Source: a virus
Lineage: Duplodnaviria > Caudoviricetes
Direction: 5' to 3' (one strand)
DNA: 27,325 nt
IMG/VR virus record: IMGVR_UViG_3300032284_000688
Span: 1-27,325 of that record
Shown: positions 10,009 to 19,910 of the stretch, in pieces
Layout: the number at the start of each line of letters is the position of its first letter
Numbering within the stretch: position 1 is the stretch's first letter
Program-made: the position numbers and the translations under genes
The notes under the pieces: generated by a model
The model's database searches: none
Seen by the model: only the letters and a program-made list of their open reading frames with translations
What the model was told of the DNA's origin: nothing

Positions 10009-11568
10009 ATGCCAAATATTTTAACATCTAATCTAAGACATAAAAATGTACAGAATTTCTTAGATACTATTACCAATGAAAGTGTTTATTTCGGGTTCTC
10101 TAATCCAATCGATTGGACAGATCCTACCATTCCGGACAGCCCAATAGATAACTATAATATCACTAGCGATTGTTTTAGTGATATGTTGTACGCCAAACGA
10201 CTAACTTCTTCCAACGCTTCTCGTGTAATTAGAAATAATGCATGGGTGTCGGGTTCTAGGTATCAACAATATTCTGACACTGAAGACATTAATAATCTGA
10301 TTAGAACTAAGACATATTCTACTGCAACAGCCACCGCTATTATTAGCGGAAGTGGAGTTGTATTAGGGTTTAGTATTACTAATCCTGGAACAGAATATAC
10401 TTCTGTTCCAAGCGTGACAATTTCTGGATCGGCAACTGCTACAGCTATTATATCCTCTGGGTCGGTTATTGGGTTTACGTTGACCTCTCCTGGTTCCGGA
10501 TATACTACTGCTCCTACAGTAACAATTGCAGCTCCATCAGCCATTACAACAACGCCGTTTGATTTAAAACCCTTTTATGTAATTACAGACGACCTTAACG
10601 TCTTTAAGTGTATTGGCAACAATAGCGGCGGTTTATCCACAGTCAAACCAACTGTTCCTTCTCCTGTAACTGCAACACTAACCACAGCAGATAGTTATCA
10701 ATGGAAATACTTATACACGGTTTCTTCCGCAGACGCAGAGAAATTCTATAATTCCAATTGGATTCCTGTCAAAACATTGTCCTCCGACGATGGATCAACT
10801 CAGTGGACAGTACAGGCTGCAGCTGAATCCGGGTCCTCTCCGTATCATGGAGCCAATGTGGTCAAGGAATTACATGCCACAAACTTAATGGTTAAGGTTA
10901 GAGTTTCTGGAAACGAAGGCGGAGAGATCGTCGACACAAATGACTATAGGCAGATTTCATTGGTGCTTAATCCTGTGGCCACTGGATCTGTATATTCTCC
11001 TACCGGAACTTCTACTAGCACAACGTTGAATTTAAACGCCACCCACGTTACGGCGTTCGGGTCTGATATTTCTTTGTTGTATTATCCTAATGCTGGTACA
11101 AAGATCGTTATTATTTCTGGTCCAGGAAAGGGACAGATTAGAGAAATAGCAAGTTATGCAACGAGTGTTGTTACTCTAAAGTCTGGGACTACCTGGGATG
11201 TTATACCAACAACAGCATCAACTTATGGGTTTATTACCAAGGCCACGTCCTTGAATCAAACCACAATATTGACAATGACCAGTCCTTCCGGATCGTTTGC
11301 TTTAGACGGCACAATTAATCAATCGTCCTCTGGTGCCAGCGGTAAAATTGCCAAATATGATTCAACTACTAATAAAATCTATTTAACTTCTGTTAGCGGT
11401 ACGTTTAATACTTCTGCTATCAGTGGAGCTGGGACGGCCACTAGTGTCGCCGTTACCAATCCTAGAATGGTGACATTATCCGGAGACGTGATGTATTTGG
11501 AAAATAGAAAAGCTATTACTAGATATCCAGATCAGATAGAAGACGTTAAAGTTATTATTCAATACTAA
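10009..11568 (+). CDS. gp8: Baseplate wedge subunit gp8
   Basis: MPNILTSNLR, WVSGSRYQQY, FYVITDDLNVFKCIGN, DSYQWKYLYTV, NDYRQISLVLNP, SGDVMYLENRKAITRYPDQIEDVKVIIQY. Confidence 0.93.
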   Translation: MPNILTSNLRHKNVQNFLDTITNESVYFGFSNPIDWTDPTIPDSPIDNYNITSDCFSDMLYAKRLTSSNASRVIRNNAWVSGSRYQQYSDTEDINNLIRTKTYSTATATAIISGSGVVLGFSITNPGTEYTSVPSVTISGSATATAIISSGSVIGFTLTSPGSGYTTAPTVTIAAPSAITTTPFDLKPFYVITDDLNVFKCIGNNSGGLSTVKPTVPSPVTATLTTADSYQWKYLYTVSSADAEKFYNSNWIPVKTLSSDDGSTQWTVQAAAESGSSPYHGANVVKELHATNLMVKVRVSGNEGGEIVDTNDYRQISLVLNPVATGSVYSPTGTSTSTTLNLNATHVTAFGSDISLLYYPNAGTKIVIISGPGKGQIREIASYATSVVTLKSGTTWDVIPTTASTYGFITKATSLNQTTILTMTSPSGSFALDGTINQSSSGASGKIAKYDSTTNKIYLTSVSGTFNTSAISGAGTATSVAVTNPRMVTLSGDVMYLENRKAITRYPDQIEDVKVIIQY

Positions 11569-11571
11569 TAG

Positions 11572-11579
11572 TATAAATA
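11572..11579 (+). promoter_or_regulatory. T4-type late (gp55) promoter TATAAATA
   Basis: Perfect consensus, intergenic, 20 nt upstream of the ATG at 11600. Confidence 0.8.
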
Positions 11580-11599
11580 ACTAAGAGGCGATCAAAAGA

Positions 11600-14500
11600 A
11601 TGTCCGTTATCAAACAACTAAATTCTGCACCATATTTTGACGATTATTCTCCAGAAGATAAAGACTTCCTACGAATTCTGTTCAGACCTGGTTATGCTGT
11701 ACAAGCCAGAGAATTGAACCAGATGCAGTCCATCCTCCAAACTCAAGTGGAAAGATTCGGGAATCATATCTTCAAGGACGGATCCATTGTTGTGGGCGGA
11801 CAGACAACCATTGACTGTCAGACTCCTAGATATATTACTATCGCCGACACATATAATAGTGCAGCAGTAAATGTTAATGAATTTTTAGGAAAGGTGATTG
11901 TTGGTTCTACCAATTCGGCCCAGGGTCTAGTTGTAGCAGTAGACGACGGAACCGATGCAACTGTTCCTAAGACTCTAATCTACAAACCTCTTAATGGATA
12001 TTCTTTCACAACCTCGGACACTCTTTCCGTAGAATCGGTTTCGATGGCCACGGTTCGTAGTTCGTCTTTTACAGCAGAAGACTCGGCCACGTATTCATCG
12101 ATGGGACCATCTTCTACTGTTTCTATCGATTCAGGGATTTTCTTCACCCAAGGAATATTTGTAATTAATTCTGCTCAAACAACCTGGTTAGATAAGTATA
12201 CAAACTCTCCAAACAAATTAGCAGGATTAGATTCTTCAGTAAATATCATCGACGACATCGATGACGATACTTTACTAGACAACGCAAACGGTTCCTATAA
12301 TTATGCTGCTCCTGGTGCGCACCGTCTAAAGATTGATTTGACCTTGCAGTCTCAAGAAGTTGGATACACTTCTGATACCTTCATTCAATTATTAGAAGCG
12401 AGGGAAGGCCAACTATACAAACAAATTTCTCGTCCTTCCTATTCTGAGATTATGAAAACCCTTGCTCGTAGAACTTTCGACCAGTCAGGAGACTATACAG
12501 TCAAGCCTTTCATCCTGAACCTGGAGAGCGACCAAACAGATAGTACCAACTTAGTCGCTAGAATTTCTAAGGGTAATGCATATGTAAAGGGTTATGAAGT
12601 AGAAACAATTGCCACCCAGGAATTGGATGTTCCAAAGGCAAGAACAACTGCCAGCGAAAATAATAAAGGCGTCTCTATCACATACGGTAATTATGTGCAG
12701 GTTGCAATTGTTGCTGGATTGCCAGACATTAATAACGGTAATACCGGACCTTCTTCTGCGCCTGGTATGAATTTTTATCTGTATAATGTCAGCAGCGTAA
12801 AAATCGGATCTGCTAAAGTAAGAGATATAGATTTTGTTACTTCGGCTACATTCAATTTTTATCTGTTCGATGTAGTAATGGATACAGGTTATGCGTTCAC
12901 GAATGTTACCAAAATATCCAATCATACCTCTACATACAACAGCGGAACATGTTACGGAACAATTGCTTCCGCAGTACTAACCGAACCTGAACAAACTCCT
13001 CTGGTTTATAATCTAGGATATGGAGCAGTTTCCAGTTTAGCTGATTATAATTTCAGTTACTCTTATTATCAATCTATTTCTACAGTTTCTGGAAGCGGTC
13101 CATACACTATTACGCTTTCTACTCTGAGTGTTGGTTCTGGAACATATTCTAGCAGCGCGTCTGATTATTATGTAATCAATAACGCAGGAACTAAAATCGT
13201 TCCTTCTTCAAACCCTACCCCCACTAATGGAGGCAGAGACGTCATATTATCGTTTAGCGCCAGCTTTACTAGTTGTAAAGTCGTTGCGAAAATCTTTAAT
13301 GGCAACCCAACAATTAACTCAAAGACCAGAGTGTCGGTGCGTGCTGCTGAAGGATATTTTGCAGCTAGTTCCACTAATTCGCATAGTGTTACATTAAAGA
13401 ATACCGCGAACGGCACCGACGTTGATTTTTATAAAAACGGGAAGTTGGTTGTAACTTCCGGACCCAACAAAAGCCTGACAACATTTTATGATATTGTCGG
13501 GTATAATCAAACCACAAAAACTGTTACGTTAGATGGTACTGGTCCTACCATCACCGTCGGAGTTACAGATTATTATAAGATTTGTCCTGCGTTTACTGCT
13601 GGCACAGCTGATTTAGCCACAGGAGTACAGTATTCAGCGACAACAACAGGCGCGATTTCTTTGGGTAAGGCAGATGGAATTAAAATAGTAAAGATTCTAT
13701 CCAATGTTTCTAGCCCAACTATGAACGATTGGTTCGACGAATCTAAGAACGTAACTAATAAATTTGTCTTTGACAATGGTCAGCGAGACAATTATTATGA
13801 TCTTGCTTCGGTATCGTTAATAGCAGGACAGACGGTTCCTGGACCTGTTGCTATTTTCTTTGAATACTACAGTCATACCATCAATGGCGGAATGTTTGTT
13901 GCGAATTCTTATCCAGCAGCGGACGCAAGCAATCCACAAATTTATATCGACTCCAACAAAAACAAGATCAATTTGTTGACCGCTATCGATTGCAGACCCA
14001 CTAAGACAAACTCTACGACGTTCTCTTCTCCGGTTATTATCCCTAAAGTTAATAGCACATATTCTGCTGATGTTACATACTATCTACCGAGAATCGATAA
14101 GATTGCTGTAACAGTGGATGGTACGTTCACAAATATCCAGGGGATCCCTTCACTGACTCCTAAAGTTCCTAAGGATATTGACAACGGAATGACGCTGTAT
14201 CAAATGTATATTCCGGCATATACTTATACTCCCGACTCTGTCATAATGAAGTTCATTGAAAATAAACGATATACAATGAGGGATATCGGTAAATTAGAAA
14301 AGAGAATCGAGAACGTTGAATACTATACATCTCTTTCTGCGCTAGAACAAAATACTACGTTGTTTAATGTAAAGGATACAGCCGGTACAGATAGATTTAA
14401 AAACGGAATCCTTGTCGATTCTTTCTCTGGACATAATATCGGAGACGTATCTAATGCTGATTACCATTGCTCCATGGATATTCAGGCTCAGGAACTAAGA

Positions 14501-17281
14501 CCAGAGTTCAGACAGAAGGGATATAAGTTAACTCCTGTTTCGTTTACAGGAGCAACTGGAGTTGGTAATTTAATTACAGCAAGTTATGGCGCAACTAGTT
14601 TCGTTACGCAAACCGTTGCGTCCAGATCTGTAAATGTTAATCCTTTCTCTGTGTTTAATTGGATCGGCAAGGTTACTCTTTCTCCAAATAACGATTTCTG
14701 GAAAGATACTAAACTTGTTCCAAGAAACGTCAACAACCCAGATGGCGCGTTAGATAACGTCACAGCAGGAAAGAATCCTTTTGGTACATTGTTTAACCAA
14801 TGGAATTCAATGTGGTTTGGGACAGAAACAGTCACGACTGGATTTGAGGAAGTCAGTATTCCTGAACAAACCTGGAGCGGCACTAATGTTGAATTCGTTC
14901 CAGCTGGAAATCAGATTCCTGCAGGAACTGCAAATTCAACCGACATCACTTCTATTGCTGATACAGGACAGAATTCAAGCGGTACAGTTACAATTCCTGA
15001 GGACAGTTCTGCTCAACCAGGTGTCTGGATTTTGACTCCATTCACTCAGGTAATTCCTGCTACAACTTCTCAGCGGCCGATCACTGAAACAGTAACCGTT
15101 CCGACTCCTCCGCCAATTAAATTAACAACTCTGCAGTCCGGGAATATTGTGGCCGATGTTAGTATGTCTGAATATATCAGACCGAAGACAATTGTGTTTA
15201 GCGCAGTTGGAATGAAGCCCAATACTACTGTATATCCCTTCTTTGATGGTAAGGATGTTAGTAGTTATGTAACTTTTAATAGTACAACCACTGACAATAA
15301 CGGCAATATTTCCGGTTCGTTTGCTATTCCAGCTGGACAGTTCTTTGTTGGCGATAGAATATTCTTGTTGACGGATTCTTCTACTGGAAATCGCGCGCAA
15401 GAATCAACCAGCGCTGAAAGCAAATATGTTGCTCAAGGATTAGAGGAACAAACAACCACCCTAGATATTCCTGTTTCGTTGCCAGATCCTAACTCTCCTT
15501 TCTGGAGAAACGCTCCGACTCCTCCAAGACCGGTCGACCCTCTGGCACAAACATTCTTTGTTGATCCAGTTATCTATCCGGAAGGAATCTTTATACCAAA
15601 GGTGGATCTATATTTCAAAACCAAGGATTCTTCTGTTGGTTTGACAGTACAAATCAGAGAAACTCTGAATGGATATCCATCTTCGACCAATGTTATTGTT
15701 GATACAGTAGTGCCTTCTGCGTCGATTAATACATCTGACGATGCTTCTTTGGCAACTACAGTTACGTTCCCTAATGTTGTATACCTCTCGCCAGGTGAAT
15801 ATGCTATTGTTCTAATGTCGAATTCGAACAATTATGAAGCGTGGGTCGCGCAAATTGGAGAAGCTCAGGTAGGAGGAAACCAAGATATTATTTCCTCGCA
15901 GCCGTATGTTGGTTCATTATTCAAGTCTCAAAATGCATCAACATGGACCGCAGAACAAACACAAGACCTGACGTTCAATTTGTATAAGTGTAAGTTCACT
16001 ACAGGAAACTTCACAGTAGAATGTAGTGACTGGGACGAAACTGACGCAGAGAATATTGTAACCCTTTCTACAGTAAGAGAGACGTCGGCAACAAACTCGA
16101 TTACTGGTGCTACTGGGGTTGGCGGGGTAAATGGCATAATTAAAGTTCCATACAATCCATATGCAACTGGATCTGTAGTGACATATACTGGTAGCGTTAA
16201 TATTGGTCTGGGAACTTCTGGTACATATTACGTCGAAAGAATCAATGCTGACTATTTGAAATTATATTCAGATAGCGGTAGAACAACATATGTCGGCGCG
16301 ACCGGAACGTTTAGCGGAACACATACTCTGAGCGGAACTGGCGCCAAGGTACTATATCTTGACTCATTATTGACAAACAATGTTGTATATGGATCCAAGG
16401 TTACTGGTACAGTTGGTATCAATAATTCCAACACCACGGTAACTGGCGGCTCGATATTCGATAATACTATTGTTATGAGTAACGATATCACGGCCACTGT
16501 TCCTGCAGGAACTGCTATTACATTTAAGAGAAAGCCAGAAGGAACTGCAATCAGTAACGTAATCATGGTTCCTAATGCTGTGTTTAATCCATTCTCTTCT
16601 TGCTCAGTAACTCAGTCTGTCAAGGGAGCAACCGGACCGGGATCGTTCGATGTAAATACGGTTTCTTGGGTCGACGTTCCTGTAAATAAAAACTATCAAT
16701 ATACATCTATTCATAACGTGGAACCTGCAATGGAATCATTTAGAAAGAAGATCTATTTCTCTACTTCTTCAGAACATGTATCTCCTGTTATTAACGCAAC
16801 TAGACAGTCTGTTGTGCAGGTAGAAAATATCATCAACAACGATTATACAAACGAAACCCAGTCCTCTGGTTCTGGTGGTAATGCATGGGCAAGATATATC
16901 ACAAGGAAGGTCACTCTTGCTGATAATTCCAGCTACATGAAGGTTTACCTAACAGCCAATAAACCTTATGGAACTACCGTCAAAGTTTACTATAAAGTTA
17001 GATCTTCTGAAGACAGTTCTACTTTAGATAGCAGAAGCTGGACGGAAATGACTCAGGATTCACCCGACGCCAGCAAGGTGACAACCGATCCAAACGAATT
17101 CTTGGAATATGTATACGTTCCTGATTCAACGCAAGTAGAGAATTCTCCATTGGCAATCAAGTATACAAATGGAGCAACGTATCATAACTTTATTGAATAT
17201 GCAATCAAGATTGTTATGTTGTCGGATGATACTTGTAATATCCCTAGAGTTGCAGACTTAAGAACAATTGTTACAATATAA
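11600..17281 (+). CDS. Large virion structural protein (VrlC-like / DUF4815 family)
   Basis: 1893 aa. PYFDDY...FLRILFRPGYAVQARELNQMQSILQ, APGAHRLKI, LARRTFDQSGDYTV, YYLPRIDK, NKRYTMRDIGKLEKRIENVEYYTSLS, DRFKNGILVDSF, DPLAQTFFV, GSLFKSQNASTW. This protein typically follows gp8 in cyanophage-like myoviruses. Confidence 0.88.
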   Translation: MSVIKQLNSAPYFDDYSPEDKDFLRILFRPGYAVQARELNQMQSILQTQVERFGNHIFKDGSIVVGGQTTIDCQTPRYITIADTYNSAAVNVNEFLGKVIVGSTNSAQGLVVAVDDGTDATVPKTLIYKPLNGYSFTTSDTLSVESVSMATVRSSSFTAEDSATYSSMGPSSTVSIDSGIFFTQGIFVINSAQTTWLDKYTNSPNKLAGLDSSVNIIDDIDDDTLLDNANGSYNYAAPGAHRLKIDLTLQSQEVGYTSDTFIQLLEAREGQLYKQISRPSYSEIMKTLARRTFDQSGDYTVKPFILNLESDQTDSTNLVARISKGNAYVKGYEVETIATQELDVPKARTTASENNKGVSITYGNYVQVAIVAGLPDINNGNTGPSSAPGMNFYLYNVSSVKIGSAKVRDIDFVTSATFNFYLFDVVMDTGYAFTNVTKISNHTSTYNSGTCYGTIASAVLTEPEQTPLVYNLGYGAVSSLADYNFSYSYYQSISTVSGSGPYTITLSTLSVGSGTYSSSASDYYVINNAGTKIVPSSNPTPTNGGRDVILSFSASFTSCKVVAKIFNGNPTINSKTRVSVRAAEGYFAASSTNSHSVTLKNTANGTDVDFYKNGKLVVTSGPNKSLTTFYDIVGYNQTTKTVTLDGTGPTITVGVTDYYKICPAFTAGTADLATGVQYSATTTGAISLGKADGIKIVKILSNVSSPTMNDWFDESKNVTNKFVFDNGQRDNYYDLASVSLIAGQTVPGPVAIFFEYYSHTINGGMFVANSYPAADASNPQIYIDSNKNKINLLTAIDCRPTKTNSTTFSSPVIIPKVNSTYSADVTYYLPRIDKIAVTVDGTFTNIQGIPSLTPKVPKDIDNGMTLYQMYIPAYTYTPDSVIMKFIENKRYTMRDIGKLEKRIENVEYYTSLSALEQNTTLFNVKDTAGTDRFKNGILVDSFSGHNIGDVSNADYHCSMDIQAQELRPEFRQKGYKLTPVSFTGATGVGNLITASYGATSFVTQTVASRSVNVNPFSVFNWIGKVTLSPNNDFWKDTKLVPRNVNNPDGALDNVTAGKNPFGTLFNQWNSMWFGTETVTTGFEEVSIPEQTWSGTNVEFVPAGNQIPAGTANSTDITSIADTGQNSSGTVTIPEDSSAQPGVWILTPFTQVIPATTSQRPITETVTVPTPPPIKLTTLQSGNIVADVSMSEYIRPKTIVFSAVGMKPNTTVYPFFDGKDVSSYVTFNSTTTDNNGNISGSFAIPAGQFFVGDRIFLLTDSSTGNRAQESTSAESKYVAQGLEEQTTTLDIPVSLPDPNSPFWRNAPTPPRPVDPLAQTFFVDPVIYPEGIFIPKVDLYFKTKDSSVGLTVQIRETLNGYPSSTNVIVDTVVPSASINTSDDASLATTVTFPNVVYLSPGEYAIVLMSNSNNYEAWVAQIGEAQVGGNQDIISSQPYVGSLFKSQNASTWTAEQTQDLTFNLYKCKFTTGNFTVECSDWDETDAENIVTLSTVRETSATNSITGATGVGGVNGIIKVPYNPYATGSVVTYTGSVNIGLGTSGTYYVERINADYLKLYSDSGRTTYVGATGTFSGTHTLSGTGAKVLYLDSLLTNNVVYGSKVTGTVGINNSNTTVTGGSIFDNTIVMSNDITATVPAGTAITFKRKPEGTAISNVIMVPNAVFNPFSSCSVTQSVKGATGPGSFDVNTVSWVDVPVNKNYQYTSIHNVEPAMESFRKKIYFSTSSEHVSPVINATRQSVVQVENIINNDYTNETQSSGSGGNAWARYITRKVTLADNSSYMKVYLTANKPYGTTVKVYYKVRSSEDSSTLDSRSWTEMTQDSPDASKVTTDPNEFLEYVYVPDSTQVENSPLAIKYTNGATYHNFIEYAIKIVMLSDDTCNIPRVADLRTIVTI

Positions 17282-17289
17282 AGAGTAAT

Positions 17290-17535
17290 ATGCCATACAT
17301 TAAAACAGAAGCGCCAGGTGTCCTCCGAGACCCTCATTCTAAAGCATTGGTATTTGTCGACAATTCTGCAGCTAAACGAGAGTTCCTTGACAGAGCCGCT
17401 GAGAAGCAGCATATACAATCTGAGATAAATACTCTAAAGCAAGCAGTTAATGATATTCAGAATACAGTACAACACGAGATATCTGAATTGAAGTCTCTCC
17501 TACTAACGTATATTTCTGATAAAGGAAGCGTTTAA
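17290..17535 (+). CDS. Small coiled-coil protein typically downstream of the VrlC-like gene
   Basis: 81 aa; GVLRDPHSKALV followed by the heptad pattern EINTLKQAVNDIQ...EISELKSLLL. Confidence 0.8.
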   Translation: MPYIKTEAPGVLRDPHSKALVFVDNSAAKREFLDRAAEKQHIQSEINTLKQAVNDIQNTVQHEISELKSLLLTYISDKGSV

Positions 17536-17541
17536 CAACAA

Positions 17542-19086
17542 ATGGCATCCACAATTAGTAGACTAAAAAGTACAGATTCTCTTGTTCAATGGGCAGAAAA
17601 GGTAAACTCCTTAGCCGAGTCGTTCGAGAGTTTCAATCAGGTCAGTGGAAGTATTACTTCTAATGGAACAACAACAGCAAATCAGATTGCTGTATTCGGA
17701 ACTGCGTGGGGCAATTATACAGCGACAGGCGACGTACAGGTTACCTCCATTGTTACTAGTTCTTCGCCAACAGCAACATTCACCTTACAATCTGCTGCCA
17801 TTACAGGCAAGACCGAACTCACTCAGTTTGCTTCTATAGAATCGGATTATCTATTAATCTATAATTCTGGTTCTATTAAAAAAGTAAGGGCCAAATTTGT
17901 AACTCCTCCCGCTGGTGTTTCTGGACAAGTACAATTTCATGCAGGAGCAACCGGATTTGCTGGAGCAACTGGATTCACATTCAATTCTACCACACAGACA
18001 TTAAGCGTTGATAATGCATCTGTTGGCACAGGATTCACTATTGCCAACAAGACAGTAAGCCTTGGTGGCAATTTTACATTGTCTGGTTCGTCAGATGTCA
18101 CACTAATTTCGACTGGAAATACTAGCGTAACATTACCAACTTCTGGTACATTACTTTCTAGTACTGTGACTTCGCTGCCATCGTTGACAACTATTGGTAC
18201 ACTGAGTTCATTAACAGTAAACGGGAACGTATCCATAACAGGAACAGGTACTCTTGCTGTTGCTGGGGCTGTGACTCTATCTTCCAGTCTTAGCGCAACA
18301 GCTTTAACTGCTAGTGGCGCTGTAACTGGCGCAACATTGGTAGGAACGATAAGCACCGCCGCGCAGCCTAATATTACTTCTCTTGGTGTTATTGCTTCTC
18401 TTTCTACTGGAAATATTGGAGCGACTGGCGCAGTTACGATTGGGTATACTCTTGGGGCAACTGGCGCGGTAACTTTTAAAAGTACTCTAGATGTAACTGG
18501 TAATACTACTATTATCGGAACATTGGGGTCAACCGGCGCAGTTACCTTTAAATCTACAGCAACAATACACAATAATACTACAGTTGGTGGAACATTTGGT
18601 GCCACCGGAGCTGTTACTTTTAATTCGACGTTGAACGTATCTGGTTCCGCTACAATGACAAACATTGGCGCCACCGGCATCGTCTCCTTTAAAAATGTAT
18701 ACATGGGAGGAGGAGGGTTGAACGTAGGAGCCACAGGCGCTGGGTCAGGAGAAATTCGAGCCACCGGAGACATTACAGCATTCTATTCGTCTGACGCTAG
18801 ATTCAAAGATAATGTTTCAGAAATCCCGAACGCGCTGGATAAAATTGCGTTGATTCGTGGTGTTACTTTTGATTGGAACGACGAGTATATCAACGCCCAC
18901 GGCGGCGAAGATCCTATGTTCATGAGAAAAAGAGACGTCGGGGTAATCGCTCAGGAAATTAGAACTGTGTTACCTGAACTAGTTGTAGAAAGATCGGAAG
19001 GATATCTCGCAGTTAAATATGATAGGATTGTTGCGTTGTTGATTCAAGGCATCAAAGAATTGGACGCAAAGATAGGAAAGAACTAA
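17542..19086 (+). CDS. Tail fibre protein with C-terminal intramolecular chaperone (peptidase S74)
   Basis: N-terminal TDSLVQWAEKVN anchor, Thr/Gly/Ser-rich beta repeats, TAAQPNITSLG, then GDITAFYS-SDARFKDNV...IRGVTFDW...DVGVIAQEI...LAVKYDRIVALLIQGIKEL. Confidence 0.92.
   Translation: MASTISRLKSTDSLVQWAEKVNSLAESFESFNQVSGSITSNGTTTANQIAVFGTAWGNYTATGDVQVTSIVTSSSPTATFTLQSAAITGKTELTQFASIESDYLLIYNSGSIKKVRAKFVTPPAGVSGQVQFHAGATGFAGATGFTFNSTTQTLSVDNASVGTGFTIANKTVSLGGNFTLSGSSDVTLISTGNTSVTLPTSGTLLSSTVTSLPSLTTIGTLSSLTVNGNVSITGTGTLAVAGAVTLSSSLSATALTASGAVTGATLVGTISTAAQPNITSLGVIASLSTGNIGATGAVTIGYTLGATGAVTFKSTLDVTGNTTIIGTLGSTGAVTFKSTATIHNNTTVGGTFGATGAVTFNSTLNVSGSATMTNIGATGIVSFKNVYMGGGGLNVGATGAGSGEIRATGDITAFYSSDARFKDNVSEIPNALDKIALIRGVTFDWNDEYINAHGGEDPMFMRKRDVGVIAQEIRTVLPELVVERSEGYLAVKYDRIVALLIQGIKELDAKIGKN
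18415..18696 (+). repeat. Degenerate coding repeat in the fibre shaft, (I/L/F)GATGAVTF, 12/24-aa period
   Basis: IGATGAVTIGYT / LGATGAVTFKSTLDVTGNTTIIGT / LGSTGAVTFKSTATIHNNTTVGGT / FGATGAVTFNSTLNVSGSATMTN / IGATGIVSFKN. Confidence 0.8.
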
Positions 19087-19087
19087 T

Positions 19088-19900
19088 ATGGGAATTGGAA
19101 CGACAAACATAAAGTTCTCAGATATTAGAGACCTTCTTTCTACATATGCTAGTTACTCCGGATCCTATTCAATCCATTCTATGGAATCGGCGGCGTATGC
19201 CAACAACGCAAACGACGTTGGTGGTTCGTTAACTAATTCAAATCCAAATTCAGCCAGCGAATTCGCAAACTGGAAAGCCAAAACAACCGGAACTAGTTAT
19301 GTATATCCAACCCTTTCTACCACAGGAGCGTCGAACGGGCACATATCGCTAAGCGACGTCGACACAAATATATACGCAAACATTACGTTTAATAACGTAT
19401 TTACAGGATTGTGGAATATTGCTAGTCTTAGTATATCCGGTTCTGGTTACGGATGGGGCACAGATACGTATTGGTTCCAGGACCCGGACACTTCTATATA
19501 TATTGGCTATGTTGTTGCGGTTGGCGATACTATCGATACAGGGGCAGGAGCAACAATAGTATTAACGGATCCACACATTGATACTGCTTGGAATTCTGGA
19601 GCGACCCCATCTTCTAGTAAGAGTTTTTCTTTTCCGTATCCTCCTTCTGGAGTAAACACACCAACTTGGAGCGGAATTTATACTGCTAGTTACACCGCAA
19701 TTAACGGGTTTTCTATTACTAATGGAACAACATACGAATTTCCGTATGCCTGGTGGATTTGGCAGGGAGGTTCTAGCTGTTCTGTCGGTGTCATTGACGG
19801 CGCAGGAGGTTCTGTTAGCGGCGGAACAGGCACGTTCTATCAAGGAACTTCTTCTTCGATATCCCCAACAGTCACACGATCTGGTACAACTTACATCTAA
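19088..19900 (+). CDS. Putative fibre-tip / receptor-binding protein
   Basis: Starts 1 nt after the S74 fibre stop. The N-terminus (NIKFSDIRDLL...PNSASEF) resembles leaders of genes that follow S74 fibres; the body is rich in Ser, Thr, Gly and aromatic residues. Confidence 0.55.
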   Translation: MGIGTTNIKFSDIRDLLSTYASYSGSYSIHSMESAAYANNANDVGGSLTNSNPNSASEFANWKAKTTGTSYVYPTLSTTGASNGHISLSDVDTNIYANITFNNVFTGLWNIASLSISGSGYGWGTDTYWFQDPDTSIYIGYVVAVGDTIDTGAGATIVLTDPHIDTAWNSGATPSSSKSFSFPYPPSGVNTPTWSGIYTASYTAINGFSITNGTTYEFPYAWWIWQGGSSCSVGVIDGAGGSVSGGTGTFYQGTSSSISPTVTRSGTTYI

Positions 19901-19903
19901 ATA
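19896..19903 (+). promoter_or_regulatory. Late promoter-like motif (TCTAAATA) overlapping the upstream stop codon
   Basis: TAAATA core at 19898-19903, 7 nt before the ATG at 19911. Confidence 0.55.
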
Positions 19904-19910
19904 ATATTAT

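Noticed and set aside
14830-15545. Intein or mobile insertion in the VrlC-like gene near DPLAQTF
   Set aside because: Only Pro/Thr-rich linkers are present; no C-x-x-x-G-T start, HN-C/S/T end or LAGLIDADG motif.
1-17281. Bacterial contractile injection system (T6SS, eCIS or tailocin)
   Set aside because: gp53, gp7, gp8, VrlC-like and gp3 genes with TATAAATA promoters and internal-protein leaders indicate a T4-like phage.
8464-18738. GATG motifs as collagen-like G-X-Y repeats or a DNA-level repeat
   Set aside because: They are isolated, not continuous triplets, and synonymous codons vary between copies.
17937-18773. 278-aa reverse-strand ORF and similar antisense ORFs (10263-10544, 16252-16566, 19958-20188, 20198-20563)
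   Set aside because: Shadows of Gly/Thr/Ala-rich + strand genes that have clear family motifs; their Pro/Val-rich translations mirror sense codons.
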